Source: Seison nebaliae (Eukaryota). From it: a stretch of DNA of 46,904 bases. Made by a program: the position numbers and the translations under genes. The DNA lies in the NCBI GenBank assembly GCA_023231475.1, contig JALJEE010000091.1, forward strand, positions 1 to 46,904, written 5' to 3'. The notes beneath the pieces were generated by a model. The model was not told the DNA's origin, made no database searches, and saw only the letters and a program-made list of their open reading frames with translations. Below, one piece after another: positions 25,233 to 37,208 of the stretch (position 1 is the first letter of the stretch; every line of letters starts with the position of its first letter).

Positions 25233-26426
25233 CTGGATGATCGTTCTTCAACAATAACAATTTGTTATATAATCGAATTTTAAAATTTTATTTTATTTTC
25301 ATTCACATTTGGCTATAATCTTAAATCAGCTATTATATCAAGAAAAATTTGAAATATATTGGTAATTTATTTTTTAAATATTTTCTTGGACGAAATAATC
25401 AACTTTATCAATAATCTTCACAATATAATAATTACAATAATCTTCATTGAACAAAAAGTTAAAATTCATATGATGGTTCAGTCAATTCGTTAAAAATTAC
25501 ATCTGGGTGAAAAAGGAAATTTGTTGGGGTGTACTAACGATTGTAACTTGTTACTAACTTGTAAGGTAAGAAAGTTTCCGACTTACAAAAGTATCGTCAA
25601 TTTGATGGCAAACTGAATTTTTATTTCATTTCAAAATAATTGTTGTTTGATTAAGGTTTGCTTAAAGGTTTAAAGTAATTTAGAGGTTTCGTTCCGAATA
25701 ATCATACACGAATAATTATTCTTTCAGTCACATTGTTCAGATCAATTTCTGTTTACTTTGGTGTGCATTTATATTTATACATTTCCCATGTACTTCAGTC
25801 TTATAAAGTCAGATGCATGGACCATAAATTATATTGCGATTCCGTCGAGTGAATAATATAAATTAAATGTTGAATAATCTGATACTTGAAATAAAATTAA
25901 TTATCGGGAACAATAGGAAAACTGAAAGATAAAAGAAAAATATAACAAAATAATCGTCTAGATTAAATAAAAGATTTAAATGAACTGAACAAATTTTACT
26001 GAATCTAACAATTGTAAGTAAGATAGATTTTAGTAAGATCTTTGGATATCTAAAAAATTACAAATAAGAATAGATAATGTCCAAACGAGATTCAATACAT
26101 ACAACAATCTTACGGGAATATCCCGATTAACGACATGTTTACTAAACAATAGAATCAAAATTAATTCTTATAATTATTTGTTATGTTCTAAAAGGAACCA
26201 AAGAAGATTTTTTTTTTATTATTTGTCTTGAAAGAAACTAAAAAGGAACTTTCTTTCCTTTACCTGTCACGAATCCGTACAACATGATTTGGATTTCCTT
26301 TCCCGGAACATTTCGTCTTTATGTTACTTATGGACATCAGGTTTATTTACAAAGAAGTTCCCTTTCCTTATGTTACGGAACATAGAACATAACATCTGTA
26401 TCATCTCCGACATTCATTCTTAACAA

Positions 26427-28353
26427 ATGAAATTTTTATCCACTTCGATTATATTTTCTTTTCTTTATCATTTTTGTGTATCGCTAACTGAAGAAGTATG
26501 GAGAGATCTCATTAATTTACCACCTCATCATATTCCATTCTTCTTCCATAACAACATCAACATTCGAGAAAAATGTCTATCCGATAGAAATTGTCCGTTC
26601 AAAAGTTCGTTCAATGATATTCCTTTATTATCATTTTTGTTACAGAAGAATGTTCAATCAATAAATGTTGGGGCTATGAAGACAATTGTCCGATATCCAA
26701 CCGACTATTTATGCCTGTCTGTGAAAATATTTCTACCAATTTTCCAACTTTATCTGATCCACCAAATGAGTTTTATGATCAAGCTGATTTCGGTTATGTT
26801 CGAACAAGACAAAAAACTATTAAAGAAATTTGTATCGTCAATAATAAAAGTTTCTTTCAAATGTTCTACATGAACCAAATTGTTAAATTCTCTAAATTTC
26901 ATGTAGCAAATGAATTACAATCTTCATTAAAATGTTCCCAACATGGGGAGATTTGTTCGGGAAAAAATTTGATGTTTGATTTTGTCGGAGCGAAAATCAA
27001 ATTACAAGATGAATTGTTAATATTTTCGAGGATAATAATTGTTATTTTCATCCATCCAGTTATCGTTATGGAATCATGAAAATGTTTATGAATTGTATCG
27101 ATATCGACAAACAGCAGTTGAAAGTAAGTGAATATCATCCGTTTTACCTTCAAACTTGGGTTCATGAATACCAAAATATACATTTAGTGAAAGGTCTTCA
27201 ACAAATTGAAGATTACGGATGTGATATGATTTTGAAGGGGAGAACGATATTCGTCAAATTAGATATCGGTACAAATATGTTCCATCAATTCTGTGATTTT
27301 GTTAATCTATATGCATCATTACATCTATGGAATATTTGGTCGAAAGTTAAAAATTTCGTTAATTATTTCATTTTATTATTAATTTTTTATAGAATGTTCG
27401 ATACATTCTTTGGGATACATCGAATCGAGATTATGCCACTTTCTTTGGTTCAGTATGGACAGCATTTTCCAGTTACCCTCTTGAATATTTGAGAGAGTTC
27501 GATGAAAAAAGAATTTGTATCGAAAACGCTTATTTTCCCTTGCTTAGTCGAATGCCATCTGGTTTATATTACAATATGCCATTAGTTGACAAATGTTATC
27601 ATAGTTCAATGATAAGGTATGATGTTTATTAAAATTTTGATCATGATTTAATATTATTGAAAATTTAGATCTTTTTCAGATTTTATATTACATCATTTCC
27701 ATATAACTCGAACAATTAGGGAAACTAAAATTCGTGTAACAATTATCAATAGAGAAACGGAATTTCGAAGAATTTTAAATGTTGATGAAATTGTGGAGGA
27801 ATTGAATAAATATTCTTCAAAATTAAACGTTATTCGAACTTTATAGATTCATATCTAATTTTAATTAGGTTGTAGTTGTAACATTTAATTCTTCAGTCAA
27901 TTTCCAAAAACAATTACAAATTATTAAAAATACTGATCTCCTGGTCGGAATCCATGGAGCAGGATTGACCCATATATTCTTTTTACCGAAATGGGCGGGC
28001 GTTTTCGAGTTGTTAATATATACTTTTCAAATTAAAAAATGATAGTGTGTTAATTTGCTTCATTTTAACATCATTTTTTTTGTGACAGATACGATTGCGA
28101 AGATTCCGATTGTTACAAGAATATAGCTAGAATTTCAGGAATATATTATCAGAGTTGGAAGAAGAAAGATAAAATGAGTGCGGAAGATGAAGGACATCAT
28201 CCAACAATGGGCGCTCATAAAAAATATACAAATTATATATTCGATCCTATCACAGTACGGAAAACAGTAATGAATTTTCACAAATATATTATAGAACATG
28301 AAGAATATGAGAAGCATCAACTCCTCAACAGTCGATTGAATGATGAATTATAA
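26427..28353 (+). CDS. EOGT: EGF domain-specific O-GlcNAc transferase (GT61), 8 exons
   Basis: Signal peptide, then [95 protein letters not shown] and a C-terminal NDEL ER-retention signal. Confidence 0.93.
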
Positions 28354-28371
28354 ATATTTTATTAGAAAACT

Positions 28372-30435
28372 TTAACATTCTCTTAATTGTTTTATTAAAC
28401 TTTCGGTCATTTCATTTTTCCGTTTCCGTCTCTCCATTCTTTTCGCCTGCAAATCTGTTAACTCTTCAATCTCTTTACAAAACATAGATCGATATTCGGA
28501 ATTCAGTTGATGAATTCCATCGAAATTGTTTTCGTTTAATTTCATAAAATCATTTGCGAATGTTATTTGATGAGTGTATTTTTCGGGTATTTGGTCGATG
28601 GGTGAAATTTTAGCGAATCGTTGAGAGAAATGAGTTAAAATTAAATATTGTTTATTGGACAAATCAACGTTATTGATAGCATCGTTGATTGTGCAATGCA
28701 TCTTCCTTTTTGCATCTTCTTCCAATTCATTAGTGAATGTTGCTTCATGAATAATTACATTAGCTTTCTTCGTCTTCTCTTTCATTAATTCACACGGACG
28801 ACAATCACCAGAATAGATGATAGTTCTCTCATTACCATTCAAACTAACCGCACAAGAATCATTGATATGAGGAACTTGAAATAATTCCAAATCGACATTA
28901 TTCAGTTTTATTTGATTTGGACGAATCGTATCAATTTTGGAATATGTATTTTTATGGATAAGTTGCAGAAATTCTTCGATTTTCTTCGGAACGAATAATG
29001 ATATTTCTGGAGACATTTCCAAGAAAGAAGATATTCCCAAATGATGATCGGCATGAGAATGTGAAACGATAATTCCCTTCAATTTTTTCCGGACAATTTC
29101 TTTACATTTCTCATGACCGAATAACTTCATCATCTGATACAACGTTCCTTCACCACAATCTAATAAATAATATTCGTCAATTTCCTCCCCGAAATAAACG
29201 AGTACACTACTGACATTCCGATATTTACTGGGACAAGCTGAACCAGTTCCGAACAAGATAATTTCATATTTCTCATTTTTATTGATGATTTGTTTTTCAC
29301 AAACAAAATTTTTTGGATATTTTTGTAATTGAATTAATTTTTCTATTTCCGAAAATTCTTCTTGGACCAAATCATTCAGTATATTTGTCGTATTTTTATT
29401 GAACCATGGGTACAAATGGAATCGATGTCCGTTTGGAACAACTTGAATAATATTTTCCTCTTTCTTTTTATTCTCATTCATTTCATTTAACTGATTCTTA
29501 TCGATCCGTAATAAAGGAAATAAATTTCCATTAAGGTGATTCATTTTCTCTTGATGATTATGCAAATCGATCGAATTGCATAAAGGAAAATGTTCGTCCA
29601 AAATTAATTGTTTACAATTTGGAGAAAAGTTTTGGAATATTTTCATTAAATTCATATAATCATCCGTTTCCCGAATTCGACGATTAGTGAGATGGAAGAC
29701 AACTGACAAATTCGATAATTTAACTTCAAAACTTTCCAAATTATTTTTTAACAATTCCAAATGTGATTCCTCATTCACATCCAAAATTAAGAAATTCGGA
29801 GGAGTCATCGACGGAGAACAAACATCTTTCGAAAAAACTGTAAGACCATTCTCTAAAACGATGTCTTTTCCATCTTTCAGTTTTCCCCATGATGGTCCTT
29901 TCGGTACATTGAACAAAATACATTTCTGAGGATTTAATCTCCCTGGAATTTCAAGTGGTTGAAATAAAATCGAACAAGACGATCGATTAGTCATATTGTC
30001 ATTTGTTGGTAGAATATCTTCGATTCGAAATATTTCATCTTCGAATGATAAATTTGATTGAGTTGATAATTTCATTAAATTGAATCGAGAAAATTCAAAA
30101 GATTTTTTCAATATCTCATTAATCCGTCGTCCATCTTTCATTCGGATATTCAACGACTTACAACCAGCATCTTGTATTGTCAATGATAATCCAATCAATC
30201 CACCATAATTCTCCCAACGATTATTTGTCAAGAAAACTTCTTCCAATTTACTCAAAGTAATTTTATTATGAATGGCCGCTCGTTGAATTCCTTCTCCACA
30301 ATTTATCAGATAACTTTTCATATCTGTTGTAATGAGAATTGATTTACTTCCAGTATCAAATCCATTACTGAGAATCTGAGCATAGATCTGACTATTATTA
30401 ATGATCGATTTCATTAACTTCCTACTAATATTCAT
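28372..30435 (-). CDS. ELAC2: tRNase Z long form (zinc phosphodiesterase ELAC2), intronless
   Basis: YLINCGEGIQR, flexible-arm PKGPSWGKLKDG, GTGSACPSKYRNVSS, LDCGEG, HSHADHH metallo-beta-lactamase motif, YSGDCRP, IHEATF and LTHFSQR. The first in-frame ATG is at 30435; the ORF track begins at a non-ATG codon at 30501. Confidence 0.95.
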   Translation of the reverse strand: MNISRKLMKSIINNSQIYAQILSNGFDTGSKSILITTDMKSYLINCGEGIQRAAIHNKITLSKLEEVFLTNNRWENYGGLIGLSLTIQDAGCKSLNIRMKDGRRINEILKKSFEFSRFNLMKLSTQSNLSFEDEIFRIEDILPTNDNMTNRSSCSILFQPLEIPGRLNPQKCILFNVPKGPSWGKLKDGKDIVLENGLTVFSKDVCSPSMTPPNFLILDVNEESHLELLKNNLESFEVKLSNLSVVFHLTNRRIRETDDYMNLMKIFQNFSPNCKQLILDEHFPLCNSIDLHNHQEKMNHLNGNLFPLLRIDKNQLNEMNENKKKEENIIQVVPNGHRFHLYPWFNKNTTNILNDLVQEEFSEIEKLIQLQKYPKNFVCEKQIINKNEKYEIILFGTGSACPSKYRNVSSVLVYFGEEIDEYYLLDCGEGTLYQMMKLFGHEKCKEIVRKKLKGIIVSHSHADHHLGISSFLEMSPEISLFVPKKIEEFLQLIHKNTYSKIDTIRPNQIKLNNVDLELFQVPHINDSCAVSLNGNERTIIYSGDCRPCELMKEKTKKANVIIHEATFTNELEEDAKRKMHCTINDAINNVDLSNKQYLILTHFSQRFAKISPIDQIPEKYTHQITFANDFMKLNENNFDGIHQLNSEYRSMFCKEIEELTDLQAKRMERRKRKNEMTESLIKQLREC

Positions 30436-30651
30436 ACGTTCATCGTTCCTATATAAGATAATGTCATCGGGAGATATGCAATTCGCAATTATATGTCCCA
30501 ACTATTTCAAAAAACATACATTTTTTGAAAAAAAATAAATTTAATTCGAAAATTATTTCAATTATTTTCTGTGATAGAATATTTAGCTTTTGTAAGAATA
30601 ACATCAATAGCACATTTTTCTCCATAATAATAAATATTCTTTACAATTATT

Positions 30652-31461
30652 ATGGTTCTTAAGGTCGTCAACGATGATACAATGGATACGAAAAACGATG
30701 AAAGTAAAACTAATTTCAAAGGCAAGAAAGATATGAAACGATTGAAGAAACCTTTTAACAGTAGAGATAACAAATTCAACAAAGATAAAAAGTTTAATAA
30801 GAACGATGATAAAAATGAAGAAGGAAAAGATAAATTTTCTGGTAAAAAGAATTTCTCAGGAAATAATAAGTTTAGAAACGGTAATGATAATCGATCCAAA
30901 TTCAACAACAATCGTAATTTCGACAATAAATCAAAATTTGGTAACAGGTCGGACAATAGGACAAAATTTGGGAACAAATTTGGAAATCGATCAGATAATC
31001 GAATGAAATCGAACGATAAATTCGGAAGTCGACCTAATTTCAATAAAGATAACAATAATGATAATTCAAATGTAAAATATTGTTATAATTGTAGAAAAAC
31101 CGATCATATATTGAAGGATTGCCCAGAGGAAAAAGATTCTAAATTCATCTGCTTCAAATGTGGAGAAATGGGACACGTATCACGAAATTGTAAAATAAAA
31201 GAAGATAATTTTATCCATGCTTTATGCTTCGTTTGCAATGAAAAAGGACACATATCAAGACAATGTCCAACACGAGAACCAAAAGGAATATATCCTTATG
31301 GAGGCTGTTGTCTTCATTGTCAAAGTGTTGATCACTTGGCGAAGAATTGCGATAAGAAGCCAAAAAAGGTTGAAAAGAGTAAATTCGAAGCACCGCCCGT
31401 TTCTCTGAAGAAGATCGATCCAAAGGCAAATCCCGAAGAAGAAGACGAGGATGAAATATAA
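30652..31461 (+). CDS. ZCCHC9: Zinc finger CCHC domain-containing protein 9-like (four zinc knuckles)
   Basis: Four CX2CX4HX4C knuckles and the PKGIYPYGGCC linker typical of ZCCHC9. K/N/F-rich N-terminal repeats. Confidence 0.8.
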   Translation: MVLKVVNDDTMDTKNDESKTNFKGKKDMKRLKKPFNSRDNKFNKDKKFNKNDDKNEEGKDKFSGKKNFSGNNKFRNGNDNRSKFNNNRNFDNKSKFGNRSDNRTKFGNKFGNRSDNRMKSNDKFGSRPNFNKDNNNDNSNVKYCYNCRKTDHILKDCPEEKDSKFICFKCGEMGHVSRNCKIKEDNFIHALCFVCNEKGHISRQCPTREPKGIYPYGGCCLHCQSVDHLAKNCDKKPKKVEKSKFEAPPVSLKKIDPKANPEEEDEDEI

Positions 31462-31595
31462 TTTTTTAAATACTATTGTTCATTATTTTATAAATTTTTG
31501 CTGTAAAAAAATAAACAATTTAGAAGAATATGTACATTCGAAACTTTATTTGCAAAAAATGAAAATTATACATGATTAAAAAAGATCAATTTGAA

Positions 31596-31976
31596 TTAAG
31601 CTTCATCAGTTTTAGATGCTTTCTTTGGCATCAACGCATTTTGAATATTTGGTAATACACCGCCTTGCGCAATTGTAACACCCGCCAATAGCTTGTTCAA
31701 TTCTTCATCGTTTCTTATTGCCAATTGTAAATGTCGAGGAATGATTCTTGATTTCTTATTGTCACGAGCTGCGTTACCCGCCAATTCCAAAATTTCAGCA
31801 GTCAAATATTCAAGCACTGCACCAAGGTAGACTGGAGCTCCAGCACCGATTCTTTGGGCGTAATGACCTTTTCTTAACAATCGATGAATACGTCCAACTG
31901 GAAATTGTAATCCTGCTCGGCTTGATTTGGTCTTGCTCTTGGTTTTTGCTTTGCCACCTTTTCCTCGTCCAGACAT
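31596..31976 (-). CDS. H2A: Histone H2A, stand-alone copy
   Basis: [11 protein letters not shown]...[20 protein letters not shown]...AGAPVYL...[21 protein letters not shown]. Confidence 0.98.
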   Translation of the reverse strand: MSGRGKGGKAKTKSKTKSSRAGLQFPVGRIHRLLRKGHYAQRIGAGAPVYLGAVLEYLTAEILELAGNAARDNKKSRIIPRHLQLAIRNDEELNKLLAGVTIAQGGVLPNIQNALMPKKASKTDEA

Positions 31977-32053
31977 TGTATTTGCAGATAGAAGATTTGA
32001 ATAAAATGAAGATAAAACTATGAGATGATGTAGATAGCTATTTCTCCCATTTT

Positions 32054-32114
32054 CTTATATAGAAAATAATGCCCAAATTTACGACCAATCAAATGGCGAG
32101 AAACTCAAACCAAT
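32054..32114 (-). promoter_or_regulatory. TATA and CCAAT boxes of the H2A promoter
   Basis: TATATAAG on the minus strand about 80 bp upstream of the ATG; CCAAT motifs at 32085 and 32110. Confidence 0.5.
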
Positions 32115-33121
32115 GTATTTCCGAGAAACAGAATTATATTTACGTACACACATTCCATGCATTTCACAAACATGTATCTGCATGTACACTACAAACAGGG
32201 AACTGTCAAAAACAATAAAATAAATTGAGAAATTTAATGGATTAATAGTTCGCATTAATTCCAATAAATTCTCGTCAGTTAAGCTGAACAGAAAATAACG
32301 CGTGAATTTCTTTATTTTATTTTACATTTATTATTCGATTGATGTTCCTGAATCTTTCGATGAAGCTCTTTACATTTCTTCTAACTTCGATATCACTTCT
32401 CATATTCCAGAATATTTAAGAGATGAAATCGTCATTGGAAGAAAACTTATCACTGATAACATATACAGTGATCTATCTCATTTTCTTTTTAATTTACACA
32501 AGAGGATTTGATTTTATAATAAATAAACTCACTGTATATCTCATTGTATGTCAACCTACACTTCTGCAATATACACACATATTTAATTTATAATATTATT
32601 TTTTTAGTAAAACGCATATATTATTGTTCTTTGAATTAATAAATTTCTTAGGAGAGAGAGAAATAGGTTTACAATAAAATAGGATGTTAGTTGATATTTC
32701 CTTTTATGTTCATTTGTAACTTATATTAACGTTATATGTAAATTTACTGTCAACGTTAAGGATATGTTTTAATTTAAAGATACATGTTTTCAAATTTTTG
32801 TACGGTACGACTTTTAATCACTGAAATTAAATAAAGTTTTTAAATTTCGTAAAATTATATTGATTCGGAGTTTATACTGATAGGATGCTAAATGACCTAT
32901 GATATAGACCCTGATTAGACTGATTTGTTTTGCATAATTTGTTTGAAAAAATACAGTCATTATAAAACCTACAAGAAAAGGTCTTCAAATTTACTTTGGG
33001 TTATTTGAAGACTTTGGGATTTATATATTTGGTGTGCGATGAAGTTGAAACATATTTGAAAGATAAGCCTTTGGGCATGAAAATAACTAAAGATCAATTG
33101 TGGGAATAAATTTGAAAGAAT

Positions 33122-36100
33122 ATGAATTTTGTTTTAGAACCACCAAAGAAATTAAGTCTGAAGGACTCACAGAATTATATCACTCATTTAAGCAGTCAAC
33201 TGATGGTTCGAGACAACTTGATGAGAATTAAGGCAATAAAGTATTCGTCAGACTTTATCCATCTGAATCCTTATCCAAGTCTTATCAATACTCTTTTTGT
33301 GAAGATTGTTGACATTTTTGTTGAAGGCAATCCCAATTTGTGTGCGCATATTTGTAATGAATTGCAACGCTGTTCATCCCATCTGAACTGTGTGGTTCGT
33401 GTGTCAGATAGTCTTTATAAAATCATCGATTTAACTATGTGGAATTCAGTGGAAGTGAGAATGCTAACATTGCGGTTCCTCGGTATTCTTTCTCAGACTT
33501 TGGCTAAAGACAATCCTCTGGCACTTAACGTCATTTTAAAGGTAGTGGAAGAATGTAGAGAAAGTGATCTGTTGATGGTAGCATTAGATGTATGTGATGA
33601 ATTTTGTCAGAATTCAGTTAGTTTTGTTCATCCGTTCCTTAAAGTCATATCGAAAAGATTATCAACGGAAATTTTAGAAGAAGATATCAGATGTCAAATG
33701 ATCTCCAAATTCGTCCATACAATTTATTTATCAGATGAATTGGAAAAGAAAGAGATGAAGAATTTTTGTGAACAATTTTGCTATTTCGATTCAGTCGCCA
33801 AAGAGAGTCAATTCGAAGAGATTGGCATGATTGTTTCTACAACAATTTGTAAGAATTCATCCGATGAAATCTATTATCTGATTAGTCGATTTTTGAAAAA
33901 ATTAAAAATGGACAATTCGCAAAAAATTATTTCTGTCATTTATTCATGTATCTTAAAATTGTTGGAATTGAAAATTGCTGATAATGATTCAGTGAGAATG
34001 AAAGAGAATCGTGAATTGATTGAAAAATTATGGAATGAAAAATTACTTCCCAGCAATTCGACAAATCTCATGAAATTCATTCTGATTACAAATGAATGGA
34101 ATAAAGTTAATGCACCAATTAGATATCTTCCATCGGTTTACATTCGAACTATTATCAACGGAAATGAATTGAATGAGGTCTCTTATGAATTTGACGCACA
34201 TTTAAAAGTTCTTTTATTGTCAATTGGTCTCTTGTCAAAATCATCATTCACTATCTTGTCAACATTGAAAAATTTCAGTAACGTTATGAAAAATTATTTC
34301 CAACTTTTTCATAATGACAATATTGAAGGATTCAATTCACTCAATTATCATCTACTTAAAGTTAATTTGAAAATTTTATTTTTCTTCGTCCTCAACAAAT
34401 TGGAATCGAATTTGGATAAGAAAAAAGTCATTTTGTTCGCAGAAGAATTTCTAATTCAAATACTTAATGAATTAAAAAATGGAGAGAATCTGAATAAATT
34501 TAATATTCTATTCATTTCAGATTTCCTTCGACAATTCAGTTTTATTCCGATGGACTTTATAAATTTGGGAATTATCATAGAATTATGGAATGAATTAGAG
34601 ATATTATCTTATAAATGTTTATGTGATTCGTCTAAATCGACATCTCATTGTGTAACTCAAATAAATTTACATTTCTTCCGATTACTACTCAATTGTCGGA
34701 ATGATTTGGACGAAGAATTTGATAGAAGATGGATAATAGAAAAGTCAGACAGAAATAGAAAAAATGGGTCGAAAAATAATATGAATATTATTCTCATCGA
34801 TTATTTCGAAATAGCATTACATCTTCTAAAGAAGAATTTTAGTCGTATGGCAATTTATCTTCTTTCAAGAATTCGTCATTTCCTTCAATGTAGTCGATAC
34901 GAAACTATTCCATTCTGGTTGTGTTCATTCGAATTGTATTGTTATCGACGACATCGATTAATTCAATTCCTTCAACGGAAACAATTCAAAATGTTTATTG
35001 ATATCAATCATCTCAAACCAAATTGTATGACATCAATCGAATGTCAATTTTATGAGTTTATGAAATTTACTAGACTCGATCATAGAAGAATTTTAAAGTT
35101 GGCTAATATCGATTATGATCGAACGTTACTCTCAATTCTTCCCACATCGAAAGAATATCGAAATGAAAAAAATTATTTCGCTCAATTGTCTAAAAAGAAA
35201 GTGGAAGAAGAAAAAGAAGAGAATGAGAATAACGATGATATGGAAGAAGAGGATGATAATGGTGAAAATTTTGTGACATCGTCAACGAAATCCAAATTTA
35301 GATGTTCGGAGAAATGTCAATTTCAAATTTTTGTGGAAATTTTCATTTTGCATGAAAATTTCGATGGACATCTCTCACTTCTGATAAAGAGTGTTGAAGA
35401 GTTGATGGATATGTGTAAGAATATTAAGGAGAATTATGAAATCATTCCAAAAATTCTTAATTGTAAATTACTTATTAAATTCTTGCAAAATTCAGTTGTA
35501 GGGAATGTATCGAAACGATTTCAAGGAAGTCGGATCTTTCGTAAATTATCGTGTTTATTCTCCATCGGATTCGACTGGTTAAATGTGTCACAATTATTCT
35601 CCAACATTTCTCTCGTTCACAAATATTATGATAATCAATTATTGAAGAAATCTCAATCGATGAGTCTGAAAATTAGTAAGAAAACTTTAGAAGAAATTTT
35701 CCAATTTTATCAAGTGAAAAATTGTGAAGAAGTTCAAGAGAAATTTATAATTGAATTAAATTCCTACAAGTCCAAATTGGAGACGTGTCTCATCAGTTCA
35801 TTGAGATCGCCTTTATATCTTTTAGCTTTACCAACAATTGTGGAATTATCGATTTGTCATCGAAGTGAACCGACTTTACGTCGTTCATTAAATTATACGA
35901 TAAAGAATTTTATGAATCAATTGATCGAATTAAATCGAACTGAAATTCGATTATTTCTTAATGATCACAAATTGACAGATTTCGGGAATTTGAGAGAAAT
36001 AGAAGAGAAGAAATATTCGATGAATGAAATAAATCAAAAAATCGAAGAAATAAATAATAAGAGATGTTTGGAATTTTTTGAAAAGCATCTGATGTTAATT

Positions 36101-36730
36101 CGATATGATCGATCAGTTACATGTGTTATTGAAGAGAATATTTTGAATAATAAAAATATTGATGTGGATAAGATTCGTTTCAATTTCTCTTTATTCTATA
36201 ACAATTCTTCTACTAATGACAATTATGAATTGATTGATCAATGGTCAATCGACAGATTATTGAAGAATGAAGAAAATCAACTGAAATATGGGAAGGTTGA
36301 ATTGTCGTTCAATGTGCTGAAATCTCATTTTAAACATATAAGAAAACAAATGAAAATCGATTACTCAATCGAGAAATACTCGCTAGTCGAAATTGTTTCT
36401 TTTATTTATCTAAATGTTTATCGGAATTCTGAGATTAGTTGGACTGATTGTAACTTTATATTTCCATGTTATTATATGACTTTGTTCGTTGACTTACCCG
36501 ATGTAATGAGAACGGTAGAAGGTGAAATGAAGATTCAATTTACAGATATATCGATCAATAATCAATTCGTTAGCGAAGAGATGACACAAGAACATTTCCC
36601 TCCGATTCAGGTGGAGAATGAATTGATTAAACAGTGGAAATCTACTACAGCTATCAATTCGAAGATGCATCTTCTCTATCAAATATTTTTAACAAATCTT
36701 CCTCTTTATCTTTCTTGTTTGGAGAAGTGA
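33122..36730 (+). CDS. INTS7: Integrator complex subunit 7, highly divergent, intronless 1202 aa
   Basis: The N-terminus NPYPSLINTLFVKIVDIFVEGN...VRMLTLRFLG aligns by eye with the INTS7 motif YPFPILINSAFLKLADVFRVGNN...ARAITLRMLG. The remainder is helical and not recognisable. Confidence 0.7.
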   Translation: MNFVLEPPKKLSLKDSQNYITHLSSQLMVRDNLMRIKAIKYSSDFIHLNPYPSLINTLFVKIVDIFVEGNPNLCAHICNELQRCSSHLNCVVRVSDSLYKIIDLTMWNSVEVRMLTLRFLGILSQTLAKDNPLALNVILKVVEECRESDLLMVALDVCDEFCQNSVSFVHPFLKVISKRLSTEILEEDIRCQMISKFVHTIYLSDELEKKEMKNFCEQFCYFDSVAKESQFEEIGMIVSTTICKNSSDEIYYLISRFLKKLKMDNSQKIISVIYSCILKLLELKIADNDSVRMKENRELIEKLWNEKLLPSNSTNLMKFILITNEWNKVNAPIRYLPSVYIRTIINGNELNEVSYEFDAHLKVLLLSIGLLSKSSFTILSTLKNFSNVMKNYFQLFHNDNIEGFNSLNYHLLKVNLKILFFFVLNKLESNLDKKKVILFAEEFLIQILNELKNGENLNKFNILFISDFLRQFSFIPMDFINLGIIIELWNELEILSYKCLCDSSKSTSHCVTQINLHFFRLLLNCRNDLDEEFDRRWIIEKSDRNRKNGSKNNMNIILIDYFEIALHLLKKNFSRMAIYLLSRIRHFLQCSRYETIPFWLCSFELYCYRRHRLIQFLQRKQFKMFIDINHLKPNCMTSIECQFYEFMKFTRLDHRRILKLANIDYDRTLLSILPTSKEYRNEKNYFAQLSKKKVEEEKEENENNDDMEEEDDNGENFVTSSTKSKFRCSEKCQFQIFVEIFILHENFDGHLSLLIKSVEELMDMCKNIKENYEIIPKILNCKLLIKFLQNSVVGNVSKRFQGSRIFRKLSCLFSIGFDWLNVSQLFSNISLVHKYYDNQLLKKSQSMSLKISKKTLEEIFQFYQVKNCEEVQEKFIIELNSYKSKLETCLISSLRSPLYLLALPTIVELSICHRSEPTLRRSLNYTIKNFMNQLIELNRTEIRLFLNDHKLTDFGNLREIEEKKYSMNEINQKIEEINNKRCLEFFEKHLMLIRYDRSVTCVIEENILNNKNIDVDKIRFNFSLFYNNSSTNDNYELIDQWSIDRLLKNEENQLKYGKVELSFNVLKSHFKHIRKQMKIDYSIEKYSLVEIVSFIYLNVYRNSEISWTDCNFIFPCYYMTLFVDLPDVMRTVEGEMKIQFTDISINNQFVSEEMTQEHFPPIQVENELIKQWKSTTAINSKMHLLYQIFLTNLPLYLSCLEK

Positions 36731-36934
36731 CGATTATTTACCGTTTAATTTAATTGAAATTTATATTTATCATCATATTCATCATGTTAACTATTCGTTA
36801 AGAATAAAGTTAACTGGAAATATTATTATGTTATTTACATTCGTTAAAAATTGAACATATCTTCAATTCAAATGTGAATATTATATTCCTTTATTTACAT
36901 CATCATTTATTTAATAATTAGGTAATTGTTAAAA

Positions 36935-37208
36935 ATGATGTATCTTCGAGATAAGTTTCCGAGAGGAAAGGATCTTAACTATTTTATTGCTGCTATTGTC
37001 TCCATTGTAGTCGTGACGATTGCGACGATATTTGTGGTGGCTTTTTGGAAACCGGATGCAGATCCAAATGGAAGTTCAGTTTTTTAAATCATCTTTTCTT
37101 AACCTTTAATTTACGTATGTTATTGTTATAGAGACAACATCTGACCTCTTAACCACTATCGTTTCAACAATAACTACAACTGAATCACCAACAACGACAG
37201 TAACGTAG
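36935..37208 (+). CDS. Small single-pass membrane protein (~72 aa) with a Thr-rich tail; absent from the ORF track
   Basis: MMYLRDKFPRGKDLNYFIAAIVSIVVVTIATIFVVAFWKPDADPNG, intron 37074-37131 (GTTCAG...ATAG, phase 1), then KTTSDLLTTIVSTITTTESPTTTVT*. Confidence 0.6.

Noticed and set aside
26265..26394. TGT...ACA-bounded segment as a possible solo LTR
   Set aside because: No target-site duplication and no similarity to the LTR at 44570-44745.
17944..28353. Functional clustering of EOGT with an EGF-containing substrate gene
   Set aside because: The EGF-like module lacks the Ser/Thr in the C5-x-x-G-x-S/T-G-x-x-C6 O-GlcNAc consensus (it has CIENWEGIYC). The proximity is probably chance.
30558..31055. 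165-aa Leu-rich minus-strand ORF
   Set aside because: Antisense shadow of the ZCCHC9 N-terminal repeats.
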